A stretch of 7,254 bases of DNA from a virus (Duplodnaviria; Heunggongvirae; Uroviricota; Caudoviricetes): the IMG/VR virus record IMGVR_UViG_2778261509_000007, one strand, 5' to 3'. Below the pieces are notes generated by a model that made no database searches, was not told where the DNA came from, and saw only the letters and a list, made by a program, of their open reading frames with translations. This document shows positions 1 through 6,646 of this stretch, piece after piece (positions within the stretch are counted from its first letter, which is position 1; the number at the start of each line of letters is the position of its first letter). A program made the position numbers and the translations under genes.

Positions 1-115
1 AGAAAAAATAACGTTCACCACCGACCTCTGTCAGATCGATTTCCCAGAGCACCACCTGGGCTGACTGAGTGAGGCGTGTCGTCTCATGATGTGTTTCCTG
101 TGGAATATCCTGCAT
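1..115 (-). CDS. L: Minor tail protein L (lambda gpL-like), N-terminal 38 codons only; gene continues past the window start
   Basis: Minus-strand translation from ATG at 115..113 gives [38 protein letters not shown], open to position 1. This closely matches the lambda gpL N-terminus as I recall it (MQDIRQETLNECTRAEQSASVVLWEIDLTEVGGERYFF). The ATG shares one base with the TGA stop of M (TGATG), and the position after M matches lambda gene order. Not in the ORF track because it is truncated. Confidence 0.85.
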   Translation of the reverse strand, partial: MQDIPQETHHETTRLTQSAQVVLWEIDLTEVGGERYFF

Positions 116-453
116 CAAATCACCACTTCGTCAAACTGACACGAAAAATCGGTATAGGTGATATGTTCTGTCGCTGACCACGTTCGACACACCACTCTGA
201 TTTTTCTGTTAATACCCGGCGGGCGCCAAAAAAAAGATTTATAGCCTCCATGCCGAACTAGAAACAGTTCAAATGAATTACGTTCATTCGCCTCAACCCT
301 GAAATCACAGGTAAAAACACGCAGAGCATGATTAAGTCCGTTTGGGCTTCGTTGTTCATAACCATCGCCAAATCTTACAGTTTTTATCGATGGCTTATTT
401 TCTGTTTTCATTCCATCCTCTGGTAACCAGTAAAATTCTTCCGTATTAGCCAC
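115..453 (-). CDS. M: Minor tail protein M (lambda gpM-like), 112 aa
   Basis: ORF-track protein contains [10 protein letters not shown]...[12 protein letters not shown]...[12 protein letters not shown]...FDEVV, colinear with recalled lambda gpM (FRWKVKPGMD...VRFGDGYSQRAP...HGGWKSFLWTPP...FEQVV). GTG start at 453 with GGAGG about 8 nt upstream; overlaps the tape measure stop by 8 nt. Confidence 0.85.
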   Translation of the reverse strand: MANTEEFYWLPEDGMKTENKPSIKTVRFGDGYEQRSPNGLNHALRVFTCDFRVEANERNSFELFLVRHGGYKSFFWRPPGINRKIRVVCRTWSATEHITYTDFSCQFDEVVI

Positions 454-3400
454 TTAACATTCCTCCATCACGGCGCATATTTAACAGAGTGCCCTGCACC
501 CGCTGATCAACCATCCCCATAAGTGCTTTTATTGCCTGAGGACCAATCTCTCCATTCTGGCCGTCATTTTGAATAGTGATTTGGTATACAGGTGCATAGG
601 TAATATCTCTGCCTCCATTACCACTTTTACTATTAATAGCTCTGACACCAAGAGAACCATCGGAAGTTCGCGTTAATGGCATAATAGCTTCCGGTCCAGC
701 CTCGCCAAAAACACCAGCTCCTTTTGCAAAAGCAAAAAATTGTGGGGAGTCATAAATACCGTTCGAATATGTACTCAATGACGGAGACTCATACACACCG
801 CCCTTTGCATTCGGAATAAATTTACTAATAGCACTCCCGATAGTTCCTAAAATCCCACCAGAAGAACTGTTATCAATGCTGTCGAAAATCCCAGTAATTG
901 AAGCCTTTAATGCAATTCGACTAAGATCCGAAATCACGGAAGTAGCGAAAGAACGAAAATTTGCCTTGCCTGTCGTGACAAAATCACCTAGCGCATCGGT
1001 CATCCCATCAAACATCTGAGTCGTGGTTGATTTTATCTGCGCACCGATATCCTTAGTGTCATCCAGCCAGTTATTGAATCCCTGGGAGGCACCACTAATC
1101 CAGTCTCCTGCCTGAATATCGAGCTGCTCGTTTTTCTGGCTGACAATTTCTTTTTCTCGTTCCAGAGCATCATTCAGAGCCTGCATTTTCTCCTGAAAAA
1201 CATGATTTGACATTCCACGGGATTTATCTGCATAGTCACGTTCAAGTTGCAGACGCTGATTGTTATATTCACGTTCAATCCGCAGTAATTCCTGCTGGCG
1301 TTGCTGATTTTTATCGCCAAACCCATAACCAGCAATCTGAATGTCATACCCCTGTTGACGATTATCAATCGAAGCCTGCAATGAATCACGCCATGCAGCT
1401 ATTTCGGCGGATTCATTGATTAGCCTGTTATTTTTTTCAATCGCAACATTTTTCTCCATCAACGCAGTTATTTCTTCCCGGTGTAAGAGAAGCGATTTCT
1501 GATCCTGGGTTAATTTCGATGACGGTCGTGACTCCAGGTCGGCAATCTGCTGACGCCACTTAACCAGTTCCTGTTCAGAGGAACTTAATTTAACGGTCAA
1601 TTCAGCTTGTGAACTTAGTAACGCATTCTGTTGATTCAGATGATCAATCATTCGTTGGGCAGCATCATCCGAATAACCTTTCGCCTTTGGTTGCTTTGGT
1701 TCTTTATAACGCTCATTTATTTGAGCGATAAGATTATTATATTCTTCCTTTGAATACTGATTCTTTAGCTTTTCCAGTTTTGCAAGTTCACTAGCTCTCT
1801 GCTGCTCCCGGGTTTGATATTGTTTTGAAAAAGCATCTGCTCTCTGTCTGAGTTCAATTCCTTCCTGTTGTCGCTTGTTGTAATCGTTTATTGATGAATT
1901 TAGTACGTCCTGAGCAATTTTTTCTGCTTGAAGTACGCCCAATTGCTGCTTTAATCGTGCCAGCTTTTTATTTTGAGCTCCGCCATCTCCAACGCCACCT
2001 AACCCGAAAACTCCGGGTCGGGTATTTTTTTCTATTTCATCAATTTGACGGAGAACATCTGAGATTTTTTGATCAAGGGAGGCCTCACGGCCAATATCCA
2101 GCATGGAATCCCATGCCCATTTTGCGGAGTCTGCGACAGCTTTCCATGCAGTCTCAAGATAACCAAGATTTTCTTTAATCTGGCTGGAACGTTGAATCAT
2201 TGAGGATGAATATGCTTCCGTCGCAATACGAGCAGCCTCCTGCTGGTTCCCTTCATCCTGTAGCGCCTTAATCTGGTTATAAGTCGCAAGTGTCAGAAAA
2301 TGGTACTGATCATTAAGTTTTGATATAGCACTGACAGGATCCTTTGCAATTTCATTGAAGTCATTAACCAGTTGTTCGGTTGATATTCCTGTTACTTCGC
2401 TCGTTTTTACTATCGCTGTCGTCACTTGCTCCAGCGAACTGCTCGCTACCTTTCCCGAACGCACAAGCTGTTTTAATACTACCGCCGCAGCGCCAGTTGT
2501 CGAATCAGCCGCATTCCCGGCACGTTGAGCTATATCGGCCAATTGCCCGCTGGTTGTCCCCAACTGATTTCCGGTAAGAATAAGAGATTTATTAAATTCG
2601 TCCTGCTCCTGAGAGCCTTTATAGTAAGCCAGCCCTAAGACGCCAACGGCTGCTGCGGCCAGGGTAAAAGGATTAATTAATCCCAGCACATAAGAACCTA
2701 CACCTTTGATCGCCGGGCCAATCCCACCGAACATATCTTTTAGCTGGCCGCCCTGCTGCATTAACACCATAAATGGCGACTGACCAGTGGACAACCCAAC
2801 AACAATATCCGTCATTTGTGCAGGCAACATGCGCATAGCAAAAGCCGTTTGTTTTGCCGACATTCCGGTTTTGCTTAATTGCGATTGAGTAACCTCAAGC
2901 TCACTCCGCATAGCACGAAGTTTTCCAGAAAGCTCCTCATACATTTCAGGAGAAAGCATCCCCTTAGCTTTTGCTTCATTGAGCTGTTTCTGTTGTTCTA
3001 CCAGACGATTAAAAGCAGTTCCGACAGGATCAAGTTGAGCAATCAGACGTTGCAAAGCAGCAACCTGTTCATCATGCGCTTTTGCTGCTTCTCGCTCTGC
3101 CTGAGCCTCTCCGGTAAGCTCTCGCCGTGTTTCCTGTATTTTTCGGCTATAATTCTCAAACTGAGAACCATTTATTTTCCCGGATGCAAACGCAGCATTA
3201 AGTTCATCCTGCTGTTGTTCAAGATGTCTTAGCGCCGCAGCCAGAGGGTCGATCTTGTCCAGCATTCTTTGAAAGGCCTGAGCCTGCGCTTCCTGCTGGG
3301 CGGCAGCAAGTTTTCCGGCCTTCTCGGCTTCTCTCTGCGCTTGCGCAACCCCGCTCAATTCCGCTGTAGTTTCATTAAGTTTACGGGAAAGAAATTCATA

Positions 3401-3679
3401 TTCTTCTTTATGAATAAGCCCTTTGTCGAAGTATTTCTTTAATTCAGAATAGCGCCGACCGACAGTATCAATTGCGGCACCAACAGGATCAATAGCTGCT
3501 TTTAATTTTGCGAGCGCGTTCTTCTCATCTTCTGTTGCCCTAGTCACTTTCCCTGCGCTATTTGCAGCAGTTGCCCCAGCCTGCGTCATTTTGACCAGGG
3601 AGGAGGTCAAATTATCAGCATTATTTTTCGCTCCAGTGCTATCAATAATTATTGCAAGACGTGAAGTTTGCTCTGTCAT
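446..3679 (-). CDS. H: Tail length tape measure protein (lambda gpH-like), 1077 aa
   Basis: Long ORF with a coiled-coil-rich N-terminus. Central segment [39 protein letters not shown] and C-terminus [16 protein letters not shown]...[10 protein letters not shown] match recalled lambda gpH ([39 protein letters not shown]; NNDGTNGQIGPAALKAV...MRDGGLFSG). ATG at 3679 with GGAG 7 nt upstream. Position between chaperone genes and M is as in lambda. Confidence 0.9.
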   Translation of the reverse strand: MTEQTSRLAIIIDSTGAKNNADNLTSSLVKMTQAGATAANSAGKVTRATEDEKNALAKLKAAIDPVGAAIDTVGRRYSELKKYFDKGLIHKEEYEFLSRKLNETTAELSGVAQAQREAEKAGKLAAAQQEAQAQAFQRMLDKIDPLAAALRHLEQQQDELNAAFASGKINGSQFENYSRKIQETRRELTGEAQAEREAAKAHDEQVAALQRLIAQLDPVGTAFNRLVEQQKQLNEAKAKGMLSPEMYEELSGKLRAMRSELEVTQSQLSKTGMSAKQTAFAMRMLPAQMTDIVVGLSTGQSPFMVLMQQGGQLKDMFGGIGPAIKGVGSYVLGLINPFTLAAAAVGVLGLAYYKGSQEQDEFNKSLILTGNQLGTTSGQLADIAQRAGNAADSTTGAAAVVLKQLVRSGKVASSSLEQVTTAIVKTSEVTGISTEQLVNDFNEIAKDPVSAISKLNDQYHFLTLATYNQIKALQDEGNQQEAARIATEAYSSSMIQRSSQIKENLGYLETAWKAVADSAKWAWDSMLDIGREASLDQKISDVLRQIDEIEKNTRPGVFGLGGVGDGGAQNKKLARLKQQLGVLQAEKIAQDVLNSSINDYNKRQQEGIELRQRADAFSKQYQTREQQRASELAKLEKLKNQYSKEEYNNLIAQINERYKEPKQPKAKGYSDDAAQRMIDHLNQQNALLSSQAELTVKLSSSEQELVKWRQQIADLESRPSSKLTQDQKSLLLHREEITALMEKNVAIEKNNRLINESAEIAAWRDSLQASIDNRQQGYDIQIAGYGFGDKNQQRQQELLRIEREYNNQRLQLERDYADKSRGMSNHVFQEKMQALNDALEREKEIVSQKNEQLDIQAGDWISGASQGFNNWLDDTKDIGAQIKSTTTQMFDGMTDALGDFVTTGKANFRSFATSVISDLSRIALKASITGIFDSIDNSSSGGILGTIGSAISKFIPNAKGGVYESPSLSTYSNGIYDSPQFFAFAKGAGVFGEAGPEAIMPLTRTSDGSLGVRAINSKSGNGGRDITYAPVYQITIQNDGQNGEIGPQAIKALMGMVDQRVQGTLLNMRRDGGMLSG
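2885..3523 (-). repeat. Three diverged tandem repeats of about 73-80 codons inside the N-terminal coiled-coil region of the tape measure gene
   Basis: Protein-level repeats anchored on recurring motifs: [24 protein letters not shown] (res 57-80), [24 protein letters not shown] (res 137-160), [25 protein letters not shown] (res 209-233). Each is followed by a G-x-(I/L)-xxxx-(F/Y)-xxx-S-(R/G)-K-(L/I)-xxx-(R/T)-x-EL segment and an AQAxREA stretch. The DNA is diverged, so this is not a recent duplication. Boundaries are approximate. Confidence 0.6.
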
Positions 3680-3694
3680 TTAGTTGCTCCGGAC

Positions 3695-3722
3695 AAAAAA
3701 AGCCCCGCTTAGAAAGCGGGGC
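3695..3722 (-). terminator. Rho-independent terminator downstream of the Ail/Lom-like gene, just upstream of the tape measure RBS
   Basis: Perfect 8-bp GC-rich stem (3702..3709 gccccgct pairs with 3715..3722 agcggggc), 5-nt loop, then on the minus strand a run of 7 T (3701..3695). It lies 23 nt after the TGA of the OMP gene. There is no T-run on the plus-strand side, so it is unidirectional. Confidence 0.6.
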
Positions 3723-3745
3723 CAGACAACAGAAGAAAGGAATTA

Positions 3746-4282
3746 TCAGAAACGATAACCAATACCGGTCATCCAGGTACCAACTTTCACATCGCCCAAT
3801 TTGGTGTACTCATAGGATGCGTCAACTACCCAATTTGGTACAGGATTAAACTGAATACCAGCACCATATACAACCGAAGTCTTGCTTAAAGAGTCAGAGT
3901 ATCCCAAAATCGTCGCTTCAGCACGTCCATGCGCTAAACCTATTAAGCCATATGCACTGAAGTAATCATTGAAACGATAGGCTGGACCGGCAGCTAGTGA
4001 ATAGTAATCCAGTTTTTCATTTCCAATTTTAGAGCCTGCAAAATGATAATCGTATTCTTGATGTGTGTACGTAAATGAAGATGCAACGCCCCATTTATCA
4101 TCCAGCTCATATCGATACTTAATATTTACCCCGGAAGGATTCTCATCAAGGCTTTCTCCAGCGACTTTAACATGACTTTGTGCATAACCTAGAGAAATAG
4201 TATTCTGCATCAATTCAGCATTTGCAATGCCAGTTGCAAACAAGGCTGAAGCGATAATGGTAGTCAACACTGCTTTTTTCAT
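3746..4282 (-). CDS. Ail/Lom/PagC/OmpX-family outer membrane beta-barrel protein, 178 aa (moron, candidate virulence / lysogenic-conversion factor)
   Basis: N-terminal Sec signal peptide MKKAVLTTIIASALFATGIANA with an AxA cleavage motif. Motifs SLGYAQSHVK, NIKYRYELDDKWGV, KTSVVYGAGIQFNPVPNWVVDASYEYTKL...VGTWMTGIGYRF are colinear with the Yersinia Ail / Salmonella PagC / lambda Lom family as I recall it. C-terminal aromatic residue is typical of OM beta-barrels. ATG at 4282 with a GGTGA-like SD; TGA stop at 3746. Confidence 0.85.
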   Translation of the reverse strand: MKKAVLTTIIASALFATGIANAELMQNTISLGYAQSHVKVAGESLDENPSGVNIKYRYELDDKWGVASSFTYTHQEYDYHFAGSKIGNEKLDYYSLAAGPAYRFNDYFSAYGLIGLAHGRAEATILGYSDSLSKTSVVYGAGIQFNPVPNWVVDASYEYTKLGDVKVGTWMTGIGYRF

Positions 4283-4342
4283 AAAATCACCGCTATTTCA
4301 CAAATCATTGTTATAACAGCCAGAATTAATCTGGCTGGCAGC

Positions 4343-4372
4343 ATTAAAATATCGACCACATTTTATAGTCAA
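4343..4372 (-). promoter_or_regulatory. Putative sigma70-type promoter for the Ail/Lom-like gene
   Basis: On the minus strand: TTGACT (4372..4367), 18-bp spacer, TTTAAT (4348..4343), about 60 nt upstream of the ATG, within a strongly AT-rich 143-bp intergenic region. Found by eye only, not statistically tested. Confidence 0.25.
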
Positions 4373-4425
4373 CTATCAATTTCACATAAAACTATGTACA
4401 TACAATTAATTGCCAAAGCATAAAA

Positions 4426-5216
4426 TTAATTAATCAATATCCCATCAAAAGTTTTGGATTGAGAAACATACTGGTCATCCAGCGCAAAGATCACTGCTTC
4501 AAATTCATCACTATCTATCAATATTGGGTGTGCTTTTAAATAGTCGTGTATGTCAGATATTGACAAAGGCAGCGGAACCCCGGACATGCCTGCATAACGC
4601 CTAGAACGAGACATTACTGAATACGCATACAATAACTCACGGACAACGGGGTCTATTTCTGGCTCCAGGAGCGGCGGCAACCTGAGTTTTTCTCGCTTCC
4701 ATCTTGCCTTTTCACCCTTTTCTCCCCCGAACTCAGATAACCACCGCTGGGCAGCTATGGCTTTTTTATCGTATCCTGCTTCTGCTGCTCTTTTCCCTGG
4801 GCGATGCTAGCTGCTTCTGCAAGGAGCTGCCAGTACAACTCTGGATTCTGCTTAAGCAGCGCGATCCCTCGTTCTGGCGTATATTCCAGTACAACCTCAA
4901 CACCATCAACCAGTTCACCAACCCCTTTCCAGTCTTTCAGCAGATAACGAGCCGCATTATCAATGAGTAAATCATCAACAGAATCCACCTCGGAAACCTT
5001 TGAAATATCAAACTCCTTCGTTCCGACGTGCAAACTGGCATCCATTTTCTCAATGTGGCGACGGATTAATGCATTACGGGAGCGATACTGATCGTTATCG
5101 CTGCTTGCCACCAACAGTTTTAACCCGTCTACAGGTTTTAAGTCCTTCATTGGCGTAAACCAGCGTTCTCCACTGATGATAATTTTCTGATTAAGAATAA
5201 ACATCCATAACCTCAT
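4426..5216 (-). CDS. Tail assembly chaperone G-T fusion made by a programmed -1 ribosomal frameshift at 4767..4761 (about 262 aa); the 84-aa ORF 4426..4680 is its C-terminal part
   Basis: The frame of ORF 4426..4680 is -1 relative to G (codon first positions are 0 vs 2 mod 3 on the minus strand). I translated the -1 frame from the slippery site (KKAIAAQRWLSEFGGEKGEKARWKREKLRLPPLLEPE...) and found it open with no stop down to the TAA at 4428..4426. The TTG start at 4680 given by the ORF track is an artefact of ORF calling. Confidence 0.55.
4755..5216 (-). CDS. Tail assembly chaperone (gpG-like by position and frameshift architecture), 153 aa; real start may be the ATG at 5204
   Basis: ORF sits immediately after the major tail gene and before the tape-measure region, as G does in lambda. 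It ends with ...DTIKKP* with the slippery heptamer two codons before the stop. No sequence similarity to lambda gpG that I can recognise, so the call is by synteny plus frameshift signal. The ATG at 5204 (M5) has a GAGG SD 6 nt upstream. Confidence 0.6.
   Translation of the reverse strand: MRLWMFILNQKIIISGERWFTPMKDLKPVDGLKLLVASSDNDQYRSRNALIRRHIEKMDASLHVGTKEFDISKVSEVDSVDDLLIDNAARYLLKDWKGVGELVDGVEVVLEYTPERGIALLKQNPELYWQLLAEAASIAQGKEQQKQDTIKKP
4761..4767 (-). other. Slippery heptanucleotide A_AAA_AAG (X_XXY_YYZ) for -1 programmed frameshifting
   Basis: Minus-strand sequence ATA AAA AAG CCA TAG in the G frame; the heptamer A AAA AAG is the same as the well-characterised dnaX slippery site and is positioned like the lambda G-T site, two codons before the G stop. 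Confidence 0.55.
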
Positions 5217-5224
5217 TCAATGCG

Positions 5225-5253
5225 TCCCCCTGTAGTTCAGTACCACAGGGGGA
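5225..5253 (-). other. Intergenic stem-loop (9-bp perfect stem, 11-nt loop) between the major tail gene and the chaperone gene
   Basis: 5225..5233 tccccctgt is the exact reverse complement of 5245..5253 acaggggga. In the mRNA the 3' arm (ACAGGGGGA) contains the purine-rich SD-like element 8 nt upstream of the ATG at 5216. No T-run follows, so it is not a canonical intrinsic terminator. Confidence 0.35.
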
Positions 5254-5264
5254 ATAACGGAAAA

Positions 5265-6227
5265 TCAACTAATCGCCTCAGCACTGGCTTTTGCGATCAC
5301 GGCAGCCGGGGAGTTTTTTTTTCTGGTTATCGTAGGTGCTTCATCTGCTGCGGTAATGCTCAATTGAACCTGGATAATGTCGGTATTCCCCCCATCAGGC
5401 CATTCACCTGACACCTGAACCTTCGGGAAACTGAAAGTGTATGCCCCCTCTCCATTCGAAAGCGTGAAGCTGAACGGAACTGTTTCTCCAGTCAGTGTTT
5501 TACTCCAGATTTCCCACGCGGATTTAGACCACGAAAGCGTCACCGTACCGGACGGTGTAAAAGTAGTCGGAATATTTGCTCCTGCATAAGGCGAGCCAGT
5601 CCCGATACAACGCTGTGTCTGGAGTTTGTTATCGAACTGAATATCAAAACTGTCGATACAAAAACCGTTACCTCCGGCAACACCATTCAGGCTTACCGCT
5701 GAAACCTCCTTAAACGAATAGCGTAGCTTTCCTGCACTATCCACAGGTTCGCCTTTGATAAAATTCGTATCATCGGCCTTTGATTCCCAGTCCAGCCCGG
5801 CAAAGGTTACGGTCGCTGTAATATCGCCGTCGTTAGGGATCTGCATTTTCCATGAGCCAACCTGCGCTCCTCTGACGACAGAGGCAATTCCGACATCGGA
5901 CGCATAGGTCGCCAGAGAAAATGTTATTCGCTCATTCCCCATTGTCAGAGAATCGCCTGACCATTCCGCGCCGAAACAGGATGCAAGAAAATCATCATGT
6001 TGACCCCAGCGAAATTTGGTACCGACATCACCGCCGACATCCACAGTGCCAGACGTCGCCCCCTGAGCCATCCGGGAGCCGCCGATCTCATTATTTTCGC
6101 CTTTATTCTGGGTGGGTTTTACTCCCCAGCTTGTGCGTTTTAATAAACTCCAGTCACCACTTGCTGGCGTGGTGCCTGCAACTGTCTCCCGGATAAATGC
6201 CGAGATAACCTTTGCACCTGAACTCAC
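5265..6227 (-). CDS. Major tail (tube) protein, 320 aa (assigned by position)
   Basis: ORF lies between the tail-terminator-like gene and the G/G-T chaperone pair, the canonical major tail protein slot. GTG start at 6227 with GGAGG 5 nt upstream; TGA stop at 5265. It does not resemble lambda gpV as I recall it, so the call rests on synteny and size. Confidence 0.55.
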   Translation of the reverse strand: MSSGAKVISAFIRETVAGTTPASGDWSLLKRTSWGVKPTQNKGENNEIGGSRMAQGATSGTVDVGGDVGTKFRWGQHDDFLASCFGAEWSGDSLTMGNERITFSLATYASDVGIASVVRGAQVGSWKMQIPNDGDITATVTFAGLDWESKADDTNFIKGEPVDSAGKLRYSFKEVSAVSLNGVAGGNGFCIDSFDIQFDNKLQTQRCIGTGSPYAGANIPTTFTPSGTVTLSWSKSAWEIWSKTLTGETVPFSFTLSNGEGAYTFSFPKVQVSGEWPDGGNTDIIQVQLSITAADEAPTITRKKNSPAAVIAKASAEAIS

Positions 6228-6253
6228 AGGAGCCTCCTATGTCATTAATTGCG

Positions 6254-6646
6254 CTAGAGCGCGCGATATGGAATTTGAAGATTAAGCTGGAACCAGCCAT
6301 TCTTTTCGCCAACGGCTATTGAGGAAACAGCCTGGTAACTGAGACGATCGTCATCCTGAAACTCAAACAGTTCCCGCAATTTATCGGCTGTCTCAGTAAT
6401 GAGTTTTGAACCAGAACCTGCGGGGACAAATAACTGAATAATGATTATCCCCGTGCGATAAACAACCGGCCCCGCGCCAATTTCATTAACTCCAGCCTGC
6501 CCGGGAATATTACTTAACCGCGCCCAGATTAACTTACCGGAAGGATCGAACGTTGGCCCGTTCGGATACAATACGTCTTTTCCATCAATAATCGTCTGTG
6601 CCGTCATTCTGGAAATAACCGTATTTCTGATTTCAGTAAACGTCAT
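6254..6646 (-). CDS. Tail terminator-like protein (functional analogue of lambda gpU by position and size), 130 aa
   Basis: 130-aa ORF immediately upstream of the major tail gene (lambda gpU is about 131 aa and occupies the same slot). ATG at 6646 overlaps the stop of the preceding gene (ATGA). Only weak recognisable sequence similarity to lambda U, so the call is by synteny. Confidence 0.45.
   Translation of the reverse strand: MTFTEIRNTVISRMTAQTIIDGKDVLYPNGPTFDPSGKLIWARLSNIPGQAGVNEIGAGPVVYRTGIIIIQLFVPAGSGSKLITETADKLRELFEFQDDDRLSYQAVSSIAVGEKNGWFQLNLQIPYRAL

Noticed and set aside
228-235. 8-nt homopolymer (T8 in the mRNA, TTT TTT TGG) inside the M gene next to a GC-rich near-palindrome cccggcgggcgcc
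   Set aside because: The reading frame is intact and encodes the conserved FFW-RPPG segment that matches lambda gpM. The GC-rich segment does not form a stem with an adequate loop and has no T-run on the transcribed side, so it is not a terminator or phase-variation switch.
1174-3232. Several ORFs of 65-117 aa inside the tape measure gene on the opposite strand or in other frames (1174..1389 -, 1207..1419 +, 1891..2178 +, 2380..2577 +, 2879..3232 +)
   Set aside because: All are fully embedded in a long, well-supported coding sequence with clear lambda gpH homology. Their translations are low-complexity and hydrophobic or Ser/Leu/Arg/Phe-rich, as expected from antisense reading of coding DNA, with no recognisable motifs or credible RBS. 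Treated as spurious.
3702-3722. The OMP terminator hairpin considered as a bidirectional or plus-strand terminator
   Set aside because: The plus-strand 3' flank (cagacaacagaag) has no U-run and no plus-strand gene ends nearby. It is a unidirectional minus-strand terminator.
3652-3849. Plus-strand 65-aa ORF spanning the tape measure start, the terminator and the end of the OMP gene
   Set aside because: It crosses an intergenic terminator hairpin and overlaps two well-supported minus-strand genes; no RBS and no recognisable protein features. Spurious.
4678-4680. TTG start codon assigned by the ORF track to the 84-aa ORF
   Set aside because: The frame is open for a further 27 codons upstream to the slippery heptamer and has no convincing RBS at the TTG. 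The sequence is better explained as the frameshifted C-terminal portion of a G-T fusion than as an independently initiated gene.
5314-5322. A9 homopolymer in the mRNA (AGA AAA AAA AAC) near the 3' end of the major tail gene, considered as a slippage site that could add a C-terminal extension
   Set aside because: I translated both alternative frames downstream of the tract: the -1 frame stops after about 11 codons and the +1 frame after about 5, both before the normal stop. No extension is possible; the run simply encodes R-K-K-N. It remains a plausible sequencing-error hotspot.
4704-6196. Plus-strand ORFs 4704..4970 (88 aa), 5220..5411 (63 aa) and 5921..6196 (91 aa) antisense to the chaperone and major tail genes
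   Set aside because: Antisense to better-supported genes, with Leu/Pro/Arg/His-rich compositions typical of out-of-frame translation and no start-site support.
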